Shown: positions 41,438 through 51,478, numbered from the stretch's first letter. The stretch is 64,000 nucleotides of DNA from Candidatus Latescibacterota bacterium (GCA_963667175.2 CAXXXF010000003.1:384001-448000); one strand, 5' to 3'. The notes: generated from the letters alone by a model not told the origin. Program-made: numbers and translations.

Positions 41438-42172
41438 ATGAAGTCACACAAATTCACAGATTACACATACCTGGAAATCCTGGATCTTGTTGAGACTGGG
41501 TGCCTGGCGATCGTGCCCACGGGGTGCACCGAGCAACAGGGCCCGCACTTGCCGGTGGATTTCGACACCTGGTTCGCGGAAGCCGTTGCCTTGGAAGCCG
41601 CAAGGCACGCGATGCGATTGCATGGCTTGTGTGCGCTGGTTCTTCCGGCCACGCCATTCGGTCCTGTGTCCGAACATCGGGGATTCGGTTCGGGCTACGT
41701 AAACATCCCACACCCGTTGCACGAAGAATGTGTCTACAATGTCCTGGAGTCACTGGCAGAGCAGGGCTTCCACACTATTGTCGTGTGGCGCGGCTGCGGC
41801 GAGCATCGACTTCAGGATGCGGTGGATCGGTTCAACGCGAGATTCAATCCGGGTTTCAGAGCTTTCCTCCCACCACTCCCGTATCACGACATTTGGCGCC
41901 GTGTAGCTGATCCCGAAGTGCCAGGCGGTCACGCCGACAGTTTTACCACCTCGATTGCCCTGTATAAACGCCCGGCTACGGTCAGACTCGAATGCATCCC
42001 TGCGTCCACTTCACGGGAAGTCAATTGGAACGATCCGCATCTCGATTTTACGAAATATTCGGAAACCGGCGTCATCGGCGATGCAACAAGGGCGAGTGCC
42101 GAGTTGGGGCGCAAGCTGTGGCACGAGGTCGTCTCGACGACGGCAGCGATATTGAGGGATGCTTCGGCATAG
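41438..42172 (+). CDS. creatininase family protein
   Basis: PTGCTEQQGPHLPVDFD, SEH, GGHADSFTTS, GVIGD. Confidence 0.88.
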   Translation: MKSHKFTDYTYLEILDLVETGCLAIVPTGCTEQQGPHLPVDFDTWFAEAVALEAARHAMRLHGLCALVLPATPFGPVSEHRGFGSGYVNIPHPLHEECVYNVLESLAEQGFHTIVVWRGCGEHRLQDAVDRFNARFNPGFRAFLPPLPYHDIWRRVADPEVPGGHADSFTTSIALYKRPATVRLECIPASTSREVNWNDPHLDFTKYSETGVIGDATRASAELGRKLWHEVVSTTAAILRDASA

Positions 42173-42258
42173 TAACACGCTGTGTCATTTCAGAAGCCGA
42201 ATCCTTCGTCATCTTCAGCGGGAATAAGATAACAATAAGCCCAGGAGGGATAAGACCA

Positions 42259-44376
42259 TTGCGACCATTCACCGTCGATGACTTGCTGAACGTCACCCAG
42301 TTTGCCAGTCGTTGTCCGTGGGATCTATCGCCTGACGGCGGATTGCTCGCTGTGACGCTGAGTCAGGGGAAGCGTCGCGTCCCGTACGACGCCAATTATG
42401 CTGGAGAGAACGGCGCATATATTGTTCTAATAGACGTTGAAACAGGCGAGTCCATCGAGCCGTTTTCCGATCTGCAAATGAGCTGGGCAGGGCGCTGGTC
42501 TCCTGACGGACAGACGCTTGCCGCATACGTCGTCGCGCATGATGATCACGCTCTTGTAGGACTGTGGAACAGAAAGACACGTGAAGTTTCTATTGTAACC
42601 AACGTTTTGATTCCTCGGGGTACTTACTTTAACGTCCCTCAATGGACTCCCGACGGCCAGCGCATCATTGTGCCGCTGATCCCTGATGACCGTGACTCTG
42701 CTACATCTCCAGGTATTATTGTGCAATCTTACATTCCGGGGCAGGCAGTCCCAGACCAGTATAGCCCATTCCTCGAGCAGCCCGACGTTGAAGAGTGCAT
42801 CGGTGTTTTGGAGGTAAACTCAGGCATTGTCACTGAATTTGCGCACGGTATCGAGTCACGCGCCCTGCGCATGGCTCCTGATGGACAAGCTTTAGCAACT
42901 CTCAATGTAATTGCAGATCCGGTAGATCGACCTCACGTGATAGCCGACTTGAATATCGTCCCGTTTGACGGTCGCGAGCCTTATACGGTCGCCACGAACG
43001 TACCGGTCAACACTTGCGCCTGTCGTTTCTCGTGGTCGCCGGATTGCCAGACAATTTCCTATTTCTCCGGCGGAAAGTGGGGAGACCCTCAACATCTCTA
43101 TTGCGTACCTGCGGACGGATCAACCGAGCCGACAAAGATGACAAGAATCACTTCGTCCTTAGGTAACTATCAGATGCCCTGGTGGACCGATGACGGCACG
43201 CGCATCATGTGGCTCCAGGATAGGTGTTTGTGTTGCTCGGCAATTGAGGACGGTACGTGTCGCCAGCTATCGAAGGATTCGACGGGCAATCATCTGAGGA
43301 TAAATGTGATTGCACAACGGCACGGAGAATCAGTCCTTCATACGGATGATCGGGGCAATATTCTTGCCGACGCCACTGACACACGTGAAGGCTCGAAATA
43401 CATCGTCCGCATCCACTCAGTTTCCGGCGAAATGACCAGAGTCTGTCCCACGCCGCATTCAAGTCCTGATGAATTCACTCTGATGGCATCAGGACGTTGT
43501 GTTTTTGCTCGCGGCAGAGTCGAGTTTGACGAGACGGTACATGCGTACGGTCTCGAAAGTGGGGAGGCAGAGACAATACTTGAGGCCAATCCCTGGCGTC
43601 TCGATGTGGCTCAACCGGTGCGCAAGACCATCGAGTTCAAGGATGCGAATGGTCGTGAACAGGAGGCGGCTCTTTTCCTTCCCAATAACGCTCCGGCGGA
43701 AGGCCGACTGCCCATGGTTGTTACCATCTATCCCGGCAGTGATTTTTCAAACAGAAACAGGTATCACTCGGAAGCGCAACTACTCACCAGCGCAGGCTAC
43801 GCGGGACTGTATCCGGACTCGATTATGGAGGACCATAACCCGATTGATCAGATCGTAGGCGTAACAATACCTGCCGTTGATCGCGCCATAGAAATGGGTA
43901 TTGCCGACAGAAATCGAATCGGAGTCTGGGGTCACAGCTATGGTGCTTACGGTGTCATGGCTTTGGTCGTGCGCACAAGGGCTTTCCGAGCCGCGGTTGC
44001 CAATGCGCCGTTTGGAATAAACATGACCAGCACTTACGTTATCGATAGATATAGAATGGGGTGGTGCGAGGGGAAGCAAGCACGAAATGGAGGAAGTCTC
44101 TGGGAGAAAAGAGATGCCTATATCAAGAACTCGCCGCTCTTTGCTTTCGACCAGGTCGACGCGCCGGTGTTGGTGATATGCGGGACCCGTGACGTGCCAG
44201 GATCGGTGAATGCGCAGGAGACATTCCTGGGTCTCAGCAGACTTGGCAAACGAGTGGAAATGCGAGAATACAAACGTGAGAGTCATCTTATGACTGATTG
44301 GTCGGCTGAGGATACCAGGGACTATTACGAAAGCGTGCTCAACTGGTTCGATCAATACCTTCAGGAGGAGCAATAA
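42259..44376 (+). CDS. S9 family peptidase with TolB-like propeller
   Basis: WSPDG repeats; GHSYG, GTRD, ESH catalytic residues; AGGAGG RBS. Confidence 0.9.
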   Translation: MRPFTVDDLLNVTQFASRCPWDLSPDGGLLAVTLSQGKRRVPYDANYAGENGAYIVLIDVETGESIEPFSDLQMSWAGRWSPDGQTLAAYVVAHDDHALVGLWNRKTREVSIVTNVLIPRGTYFNVPQWTPDGQRIIVPLIPDDRDSATSPGIIVQSYIPGQAVPDQYSPFLEQPDVEECIGVLEVNSGIVTEFAHGIESRALRMAPDGQALATLNVIADPVDRPHVIADLNIVPFDGREPYTVATNVPVNTCACRFSWSPDCQTISYFSGGKWGDPQHLYCVPADGSTEPTKMTRITSSLGNYQMPWWTDDGTRIMWLQDRCLCCSAIEDGTCRQLSKDSTGNHLRINVIAQRHGESVLHTDDRGNILADATDTREGSKYIVRIHSVSGEMTRVCPTPHSSPDEFTLMASGRCVFARGRVEFDETVHAYGLESGEAETILEANPWRLDVAQPVRKTIEFKDANGREQEAALFLPNNAPAEGRLPMVVTIYPGSDFSNRNRYHSEAQLLTSAGYAGLYPDSIMEDHNPIDQIVGVTIPAVDRAIEMGIADRNRIGVWGHSYGAYGVMALVVRTRAFRAAVANAPFGINMTSTYVIDRYRMGWCEGKQARNGGSLWEKRDAYIKNSPLFAFDQVDAPVLVICGTRDVPGSVNAQETFLGLSRLGKRVEMREYKRESHLMTDWSAEDTRDYYESVLNWFDQYLQEEQ

Positions 44377-44536
44377 AACCTGCCTCGTCACATCCCGATT
44401 TTCGGGTTTCGAGACAGCAATAGCCGCACAGTCTGGATCAGCGGTCGATTTGCACCGTATTAGACCTTACAGTAAGACTTCAACGCAAAATGCGCGCATG
44501 TCTATTCGGGCAGTTTGCTCACGTTACTGCGTTGGA

Positions 44537-44700
44537 ATCCCCCCACCGCATCAGCCGTCGCCTGCCCTTCGACAGGCTCAGGGAACAGGCTCGGCTTCTG
44601 CGACTCCCCCTCAAGGGGGGAGTGATTGCGACGTCAAACGGGCTCAGAAGTTCACTTCAGTCTATTTGGTTGCGGCTGAGCGTAGCGAAGCCGCGTTAGG
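44537..44700 (-). repeat. composite repeat family AB, right (inverted) copy
   Basis: B' 44537-44627, 36-nt spacer, A' 44664-44700. Confidence 0.88.
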
Positions 44701-44716
44701 CCTGGAGTCCGATAAA

Positions 44717-45571
44717 ATGGCTACCTGTGAATCAATCGTCCGAGACGTCCTTGATGAGCCGGTCGTGTCGCTGGTGCGGGAGGATGGCGGCTGGACGAAT
44801 GTCGTCCTGGAGGTCAACGGGAAATGGATATTTCGTTTCGTTCGAGATTTCGCGTGTACGCAGCTTGCCGTCGAGAAGGCATTTCTGCCTGACTTCAAGG
44901 AGTTCTCGCCTCTTCCGATTCCCGAAATACGCTATTCGGGCGCCGGTTTCATTGGCTACCAGAAGATCGAGGGTGTCAAGTTTTCGGAGTCCGTTTTCCG
45001 GAGTCTCGTCGCGAGTGAGAGGACAGCGCTTGCAACGTCTCTGGGCGGTTTCCTCTCCAACCTCCACGCCGTTTCTTTCGAACACCCTCACCTCAAGGCA
45101 ACCCCATACGGCGGCGGGGATTTCTGGCGGGAGTTGTGGCCGTCGGTGGCGCCGCGCCTCCGGGACGACATTCGCCAGAAAGCTCATGGCTACTTCCGGC
45201 AGGCAATTCCAAGAGTAGAATCCGCCGCATATCGGGACGCCGTCACACATTCGGACTTTGGTACGAGCAATGTCCTGATCGATGCGGCGCGCTCGAGAAT
45301 CGCCGGTGTGATTGACTTCGGCGACATTAGCACCGGCGATCCGGCGGCAGATTTCGCGACCTTCTATCGCAGGTTCGGGAAGCCGTTTGCCGAGAATATG
45401 GCCGAGGCCTACCGGTTGCCGCTGGGGGACGATTTTTGGGTGAGGGTGGACTATGAGTCGAAACGAAAGCTCTTTTTCGTTTTCTTCTTTGCCCTGAATC
45501 ACGGCTTCGAGCAGCACGTGCCCGGCATTGTCCGCGAGATTGAATCTCTGTTCGCCGATGGATCGGTTTGA
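44717..45571 (+). CDS. aminoglycoside phosphotransferase (APH) family protein
   Basis: VNGKWIFRF, HSDFGTSNVL, GVIDFGD, DPAADF. Confidence 0.9.
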   Translation: MATCESIVRDVLDEPVVSLVREDGGWTNVVLEVNGKWIFRFVRDFACTQLAVEKAFLPDFKEFSPLPIPEIRYSGAGFIGYQKIEGVKFSESVFRSLVASERTALATSLGGFLSNLHAVSFEHPHLKATPYGGGDFWRELWPSVAPRLRDDIRQKAHGYFRQAIPRVESAAYRDAVTHSDFGTSNVLIDAARSRIAGVIDFGDISTGDPAADFATFYRRFGKPFAENMAEAYRLPLGDDFWVRVDYESKRKLFFVFFFALNHGFEQHVPGIVREIESLFADGSV

Positions 45572-45596
45572 CACCTACAGTGTTCCTCGATCCTGC

Positions 45597-45622
45597 GTGG
45601 GGGCAACCCTTGTGGTTGCCCT
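45597..45622 (+). repeat. single GTAG-type REP copy
   Basis: GTGGGGGCAACCCTTGTGGTTGCCCT, matching 41329. Confidence 0.75.
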
Positions 45623-45685
45623 GGGTTTGGCGGCTGCTCCTGGCGACATTGCCGATATTCGTCACAGATTATTCGAGGTTCTGAC

Positions 45686-46237
45686 ATGCTACCCGATCTC
45701 ATCGAGACAGACCGGCTGAAACTCCGGCCGTACAGCTTCGAGGACGTCGAAGACGTTCTGTCGTACGCGACAGACTCGAAATGGGCGCTCTATGTGCCTG
45801 TACCGCAACCCTATACCAGAGCGGATGCGGAGGAATTCCTGGCGCGCCAGGTGTCGCAGGACAGCAATGAACGCGTTTCATGGGCGATAGAATGCGCCGG
45901 ATCTGCGGTGGGCGGCGCGAATATCGGGTTCGACTTCAAGAACCGCGTTGGCGCAATCGGCTACAGCATCGCCCGGCGTCTATGGGGAAGGGGGCTAGCC
46001 ACGGAAGCCGCCGGCGCCGTGATCGACCATGCGTTTGCCGCATTTCCCGATCTGAATCGTATCCGGGCGTCGGCCGACGAGCGGAACGTCGGTTCCCTGC
46101 GCGTCATGGAAAAACTCGGTATGATCCGTGAAGGCCTCCTGCGACAGGACCAATATCTACGGGGAGAATTCAGAAACACGGTGTGGTGCGGTCTGTTGCG
46201 GTGTGAATGGGAAGCAAGCAGATACCGGACGAAGTGA
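45686..46237 (+). CDS. RimJ/RimL-like GNAT acetyltransferase
   Basis: ETDRLKLRP, IGYSI..LWGRGLATEA, NVGSLRVMEKLGM. Confidence 0.92.
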   Translation: MLPDLIETDRLKLRPYSFEDVEDVLSYATDSKWALYVPVPQPYTRADAEEFLARQVSQDSNERVSWAIECAGSAVGGANIGFDFKNRVGAIGYSIARRLWGRGLATEAAGAVIDHAFAAFPDLNRIRASADERNVGSLRVMEKLGMIREGLLRQDQYLRGEFRNTVWCGLLRCEWEASRYRTK

Positions 46238-46366
46238 TGTGCGAATCAGCCCGACGAAACAGGCAGCGGTTCAGCTGCCCGGTTCAATCTGGAACGATCG
46301 ACATCAGTTACGAAAATTGGTTTAATTTTCCTTTGGATTTCGTAACATACTTGTTAACTTTTGGAC

Positions 46367-46726
46367 ATGAGAGAAATCATATTTAACCGCACACAATCAG
46401 GACGTTGCCCTGTCGAACGGTTCCTGGACTCTCTTAGTGCGAAGCAAAGCGCAAAAGTCACCTGGACATTGGCACTCATTGAGGAACTGCAGTTCGTTCC
46501 GCAGAGATACTTCAGGAAACTGGTCGATACGGACGACATCTGGGAGGTCAGGGTAATCATTGGAGAAGGTTCGTTCAGATTTCTGTCCTTTTTCGACGGC
46601 CCCAACCTGGTGGTTCTCGGCCACGCATTTTCCAAGAAGTCACATGAGACTCGAAGATCTGACATCCGTCTGGCAGAACAGAGGAAAAAGGATTACTTCA
46701 GGAGGAAACGCCATGAGCGATCTTAA
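46367..46726 (+). CDS. type II TA toxin, RelE/HigB (Gp49-like)
   Basis: GRCPVERFLDSL, IWEVRV, FRFLSF, HAFSKKS. Confidence 0.88.
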   Translation: MREIIFNRTQSGRCPVERFLDSLSAKQSAKVTWTLALIEELQFVPQRYFRKLVDTDDIWEVRVIIGEGSFRFLSFFDGPNLVVLGHAFSKKSHETRRSDIRLAEQRKKDYFRRKRHERS

Positions 46727-46988
46727 GAAATACGTTGAGAAACGCAAAGCAAGAGATCCGGAATTCGCCGAGAATTACGAAAGCGGATATCTGGAATTCA
46801 AGATCGGTGTCTTGCTCCGGGAAGCCCGAAAAGAGGCCGGTCTGACCCAGGAGGACGTAGCAAAAAAGCTGAACACCCGGAGATCCGCGATATCAAGAAT
46901 GGAAAACCACGCGCAGGACATCAGGCTGTCGACTTTGCGCAAGTACGCCGAAGCGATCGGAAGGAAGTTGCACTTTTCGGTAGGGTAG
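46713..46988 (+). CDS. type II TA antitoxin, XRE HTH
   Basis: ARKEAGLTQEDVAKKLNTRRSAISRMEN; overlaps the toxin end. Confidence 0.9.
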   Translation: MSDLKKYVEKRKARDPEFAENYESGYLEFKIGVLLREARKEAGLTQEDVAKKLNTRRSAISRMENHAQDIRLSTLRKYAEAIGRKLHFSVG

Positions 46989-47044
46989 AACGGTGATGCG
47001 CAACCTGAAGCGGATCCCGAACCGCTCTCCGACTGCGCACTTTG

Positions 47045-47084
47045 AGCATTCGATCCCTGAGCTTGTCGAACGGTGTCGAATGCT
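47045..47084. repeat. hairpin containing the CCCTGAGCTTGTCGAA module also found in repeat AB
   Basis: AGCATTCGA...TCGAATGCT stem enclosing the module. Confidence 0.6.
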
Positions 47085-47129
47085 ATGAGTCAACTCGGTT
47101 TGGAATGACATAACGGAGGACCCCAGATA

Positions 47130-47858
47130 ATGACCGAACGGACCGACAAACCGCTTGCTGGAAAGGGCGCTGTGATTACGGGCGCCGGGCGCGGGATCGG
47201 CCGGGCCATTGCGCTGGGCTACGCCCGGGCGGGCGCATCGGTCTGCTGCGCGGCGAGGACCGGAAGCGAGATCGAGGAAACCGTACAGGAGATCCGGGGA
47301 GAGGGCGGAAACGCGGTCGCGTTTCGTGCTGACGTATCGGAATGGGCCGATGTCCAGGCGATGTTCGATTTTGCGGAATCGCAGCTTTCGGGAATTGACA
47401 TTGCAGTCCTCAATGCCGGGGTGAACGTCGACCATGGCTCCGTCGAGTGCGGCGATCCGGGGGCCTGGGAGGAGACCATTCGCATCAATCTCATCGGGGC
47501 CTACTATTGCGCCCGGGCGGCGATTCCGGCATTGAAGAAGCGTGGCGGCGGAAAGATCATCACCATCGGCTCCGGTATGGGCCACAAGGGATTCGCAGAG
47601 AGCTCGGCCTACTGCTGTTCCAAGGCGGGCCTCTGGATGTTGACGCGCGTTCTCGCGCAGGAACTCCGGCAGCACAACGTCAGCGTGAACGAACTCATTC
47701 CGGGACCGGTACGAACGGATATGGACGCGGTTCTCCACGTCGAGGGCGAGTGGTTCAAGTCACCCGAAGAGGTTGTGCCGATGGCGCTTTTCCTGGCGAC
47801 GCAGCCCGACGTCGGACCCACCGCGCAGAGCTACAGCCTGATGCGGCGGGATAACTGA
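47130..47858 (+). CDS. SDR family oxidoreductase
   Basis: TGAGRGIG, LNAG, YCCSK. Confidence 0.92.
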   Translation: MTERTDKPLAGKGAVITGAGRGIGRAIALGYARAGASVCCAARTGSEIEETVQEIRGEGGNAVAFRADVSEWADVQAMFDFAESQLSGIDIAVLNAGVNVDHGSVECGDPGAWEETIRINLIGAYYCARAAIPALKKRGGGKIITIGSGMGHKGFAESSAYCCSKAGLWMLTRVLAQELRQHNVSVNELIPGPVRTDMDAVLHVEGEWFKSPEEVVPMALFLATQPDVGPTAQSYSLMRRDN

Positions 47859-48877
47859 TGGGCGCGGAACTGGCCTCGATGAAGGATATCCGGGCCCTAT
47901 TCCACGATAAGCCAGATGTCTCGCGGTCCCGGATCGACGCGCTCCTCGAGAAACACGGCTTCAGTTCGTCCCGGTCTTTCAGACGTCAGGAAGCGACGAA
48001 TTTCACCAACCAGATATTCCTGGCGAATACCCTGCACCACGGTCGCATCATCCTGAAGACACAATTCCGGCAGACCTCCGGTTTCAGTCTGAAAAACGAG
48101 TTCATCGCCACGCGGGCGCTGCAAGCCGTACCTGATGTTCCCGTGTCCGAGTCCCTTGTGTACGACGGCGACGGGAATCCGCTTCCTTTTGAGTGTCTCC
48201 TGGTCCCTCGCGAGCAGGGCGAGTCGGGTCTCAGCCATTACAGGGGCGCGTCCAGGGCGCAACGAGTTCGGACCGGCTGCCTGCTGGGAGAGACGCTGGC
48301 GCGCGTGCACAACCAGCGATGTCCGGAACCGCTTCAAGCCGAGAATGCGAGGGACCTGGCGTGTTGGGAGGGGAAGGTCCGGGACGCGCTGTTCGGAGAC
48401 GAGGCGCTGGCTTCTTCGATTGAGGCGATACTGCCCGAACTATGGAGCAGGCTGCTGGCCGCGATGGATCCCGCGCCCGAAGTCAGGATACGCGGCGGAA
48501 ACGTCTTCCTGTGGGGGGAGCCGGGGCTGCACAACGTGCTCGTGGAGAACGGCGGTTCCTTGCGTATCACGAATGTCCACGACTTCCAGTCGACCGGATG
48601 GGGAACGGCGGTCCACGACCTGCGGCAGGTGGAAGGCGAAGTCGCGGCCAGGCCGGGTTCAGCTCACTATGAACCCGGATACGTCGAGGCGTTTCGATCT
48701 TCCTACCGGGCCGCCATCGAAATACCGGTCGCGCCGCTGTCGGCCGAAGAGGAAAAGCTGCTTGCAATTGTCAAGAACATCCGCGGGATCAGGTTCTTCT
48801 GGGACTGCGGCCGTCTGCTCCACCCGAGGACGCCAGATTTCCTGGGCGCGGCGGTAAGCGATCTGGAGGGTCTCTAA
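47858..48877 (+). CDS. APH/choline kinase-like protein with divergent motifs
   Basis: IILK, LARVH, WGEPGLHNVLV (HxDxxxxN-like), HDF. Confidence 0.65.
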   Translation: MGAELASMKDIRALFHDKPDVSRSRIDALLEKHGFSSSRSFRRQEATNFTNQIFLANTLHHGRIILKTQFRQTSGFSLKNEFIATRALQAVPDVPVSESLVYDGDGNPLPFECLLVPREQGESGLSHYRGASRAQRVRTGCLLGETLARVHNQRCPEPLQAENARDLACWEGKVRDALFGDEALASSIEAILPELWSRLLAAMDPAPEVRIRGGNVFLWGEPGLHNVLVENGGSLRITNVHDFQSTGWGTAVHDLRQVEGEVAARPGSAHYEPGYVEAFRSSYRAAIEIPVAPLSAEEEKLLAIVKNIRGIRFFWDCGRLLHPRTPDFLGAAVSDLEGL

Positions 48878-48988
48878 GACACGACGCCCCCACCTGCGCG
48901 CACGGATTGCCGATGTCACATCCAGTCGGGAGCGGTGTGGCTCGGGCGACGTCTTCGCCATTTCGGTCCCGGAGGAACGATCGGAAAG

Positions 48989-49792
48989 ATGTCCGAGTTA
49001 CGGATTGGTCTCGTCTCCATTCCGGTGGATGAGAATGCGCTTTCGCACAATCTCGGTACGGTCAGGTGTGTACTCGAGGAAAGAGCGAATGACGAAGTAG
49101 ACCTGTTCGTCTTCGGCGAAGCGGCATTGACCGGGATGGACGTTGATAACGCGCGGTCCCGTGGCGTCCCGGATACGTCGGAAGCGTTACGGGCCGTCAA
49201 CCGCCTGACGGAGGACTTTTGTACGTCCATATGCACAGGATTCGTTGAGCGGGAAGCTGACCGATATTATCTGACACACTGCCTGTCGTCAGAAGGGAAA
49301 CTTTGCGGCATTCAACGGAAAGTCTTCTCGGGAAACCCGACCCGTCCGCGTATTTTCGCGTCAGGAAAGGAGATTCGCCCGATTCCCTTTTGCGGGTTCC
49401 AGATCGTGATTCTGGCATGCGCGGACTGGATGTTGCCTGAAACCGTGATGGCGGCGGGGCAGCACGTGCCCGACCTGATTCTGGCGCCGACGGATCAGTA
49501 TTTCTGGACGCCTCACAATCGGTCGGTCCTGCACAAAGCCGGTCAATCCGCTTCGTTCTGGCTGCAGGTCCCCCTGGTAGCAGCCTTTGGCTCTACGCCC
49601 ACACCGGGAACCGAATCGGACGAAGTATTCGCCTGCCTCGCGTACGACAACCGGGGAGACGAACTGATCAAAGCGTCGAAGCGCGTCGGCGAAACAGCGG
49701 TTCATACTATTGACGTGAACATTCGGAAACCGCAATGGAAGTGGGGTGGGTTTAAAGATCGAAGGAGGTATATTGAAAATAGCCCGGGATAG
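48989..49792 (+). CDS. carbon-nitrogen hydrolase family protein
   Basis: FVFGE, QRK, ILACAD (Glu-Lys-Cys triad). Confidence 0.8.
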   Translation: MSELRIGLVSIPVDENALSHNLGTVRCVLEERANDEVDLFVFGEAALTGMDVDNARSRGVPDTSEALRAVNRLTEDFCTSICTGFVEREADRYYLTHCLSSEGKLCGIQRKVFSGNPTRPRIFASGKEIRPIPFCGFQIVILACADWMLPETVMAAGQHVPDLILAPTDQYFWTPHNRSVLHKAGQSASFWLQVPLVAAFGSTPTPGTESDEVFACLAYDNRGDELIKASKRVGETAVHTIDVNIRKPQWKWGGFKDRRRYIENSPG

Positions 49793-49905
49793 TTGCTGAG
49801 ATGAAAGAGCGACCTGAACTACCGACCTAGAGTGGAGATCGTGCGTATTGGTGTACTTCGAACCTATGCGGGAGAGAGCCGTTGGATCCAAACAGGAGAG
49901 CAATC

Positions 49906-50415
49906 ATGAACCGCAAGCGTCTGCTAATTCCTTTTCTCGTTCTCGCCGCCCTTACGTTTCCAAACCCAAATACACTCGAAGCTGAGGAAACGACTTCGGT
50001 CGAAAAGCTCCTTGAGGAAGTTGTAAAGGTCGAAAACGACAAGATGACTATGGAGGAATTCGGGTTGTTATCATTCCCATGGGCGCCTGGAGATAAAACG
50101 CAGCTCAGGTTCTATTCTGAAGCGCCGCGAAGCGGCGTCATCAGCAGGGACAACTTTGTCGCCCTCAACGCTGGGCTACAGACCGCTGTCCTGTTTGGAA
50201 TTGCGATGAAAGTAAAGTCGGCAAAGCGAGCGGACGTTGAGTCCATGAGTATCGACGAAGTTTTCGACCTCGACGATCTTGACGCGCCAATAGGTAACGT
50301 GGACCTTGAAATCAACGTTTACATGAGCAAAGGGGGTCTGCAAATCGAGTTTGTGAACACAAGATCGAACAGCACGGAGCGGAATACGATGACCTGGAAG
50401 GAGATTCTGGAGTAG
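49906..50415 (+). CDS. exported hypothetical protein
   Basis: AGGAG RBS; signal peptide MNRKRLLIPFLVLAAL. Confidence 0.75.
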   Translation: MNRKRLLIPFLVLAALTFPNPNTLEAEETTSVEKLLEEVVKVENDKMTMEEFGLLSFPWAPGDKTQLRFYSEAPRSGVISRDNFVALNAGLQTAVLFGIAMKVKSAKRADVESMSIDEVFDLDDLDAPIGNVDLEINVYMSKGGLQIEFVNTRSNSTERNTMTWKEILE

Positions 50416-50458
50416 GTTCTCAAAATATCGAAATGTGATCGACCAAGGAGATTCCTGA

Positions 50459-51199
50459 ATGGAACGTTACGACGCGTATGACGCTTTTGCGAGTACCTAC
50501 AACCGGCATTGGGGAAATTTCGCGGACCGAATCTACCGGGTGCTGCGCCGCCTGGTGCTGCGGGATCTCCCGCCGGGTTGCGCCGTTCTGGATCTCTGCT
50601 GCGGAACGGGGCAGCTTGCGGCGGCGCTTTCCGACGAGGGGTACGCCGTTACTGGCGTGGACGGTTCCGACGGGATGATCGGGATTGCGCGGAAAAACGC
50701 GCCGAACGCGGAGTTCCTCGTCCAGGACGCCAGGGATCTGTCATTGACCGGCCGTTTCTCGGCGGTATTCTCGACCTATGACAGCCTGAACCACGTGATG
50801 AGCCTGGACGAACTGGGTCAGGTGTTTCAAAACGTGTTCGCCGTGCTGGAAGACGGCGGGTATTTCGCATTCGACCTGAACATGGAAGAGGGATACCGGT
50901 CGCGATGGCGCGGCAGTTTCGGAATGGTCGAGGATGACCTCGTGTGCGTGGCCCGTTCGTCGAGCGACGAGGAAGAGAGGACGGGAAGAATGGACCTGAC
51001 GGTGTTCGAACTCATCGAAGAAGACTGGAAACGCACGGACGTTCCCCTTCTGCAGCGCTGGTATCCCGAGCACGACATCAGGGAGCAACTCCGGAACGCC
51101 GGATTCGAGGGAATCCGGACGTTCGACGGGAGTGATCCGATTATGGAGGGGCTGCCGGATTACTCGGGCAGGAAGTACTTCGTGGCGAGGAAACCATAG
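50459..51199 (+). CDS. class I SAM-dependent methyltransferase
   Basis: VLDLCCGTG, GVDGS, DSLNH, GGYFAFD. Confidence 0.92.
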   Translation: MERYDAYDAFASTYNRHWGNFADRIYRVLRRLVLRDLPPGCAVLDLCCGTGQLAAALSDEGYAVTGVDGSDGMIGIARKNAPNAEFLVQDARDLSLTGRFSAVFSTYDSLNHVMSLDELGQVFQNVFAVLEDGGYFAFDLNMEEGYRSRWRGSFGMVEDDLVCVARSSSDEEERTGRMDLTVFELIEEDWKRTDVPLLQRWYPEHDIREQLRNAGFEGIRTFDGSDPIMEGLPDYSGRKYFVARKP

Positions 51200-51299
51200 G
51201 ATCAACGTATAGACAATGCGCGGCAGTGTCGCAATTTGCGACGCATGTTCCGGGTATCATCGTACGCTATCCGATCGTGTCGAGCCGAGGGCCGCATAG

Positions 51300-51478
51300 C
51301 AGTCCGTTGAAAAAGTCGCTCTGCAGGCGAGGCCGAGTTATTGGGGCCGAAGACAAGACGCGCGACCGACGCGAATCCCTGGATTCGGGGAGGGAGCGCC
51401 TGCCTGCCGCAGGCAGGCAACGCCGTATTTCGGCCATAAGGGCCGGACGCAGCCCGGATGGGCTTTTTCAACGGCCTG
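51300..51478. mobile_element. MITE-like element family E, copy 2
   Basis: CAGTCCGTTGAAAAAGTC...GGCTTTTTCAACGGCCTG; collinear with 26656-26809. Confidence 0.8.

Noticed and set aside
44664-44702. GTTAGGC end resembling an attC R' box
   Set aside because: No matching RYYYAAC arm, no regular recurrence after genes and no integrase; it is module A of the composite repeat
35722-45571. AAC(3)-like and APH-like genes as true aminoglycoside resistance determinants
   Set aside because: Only family-level motifs are visible, and these families contain many non-resistance enzymes
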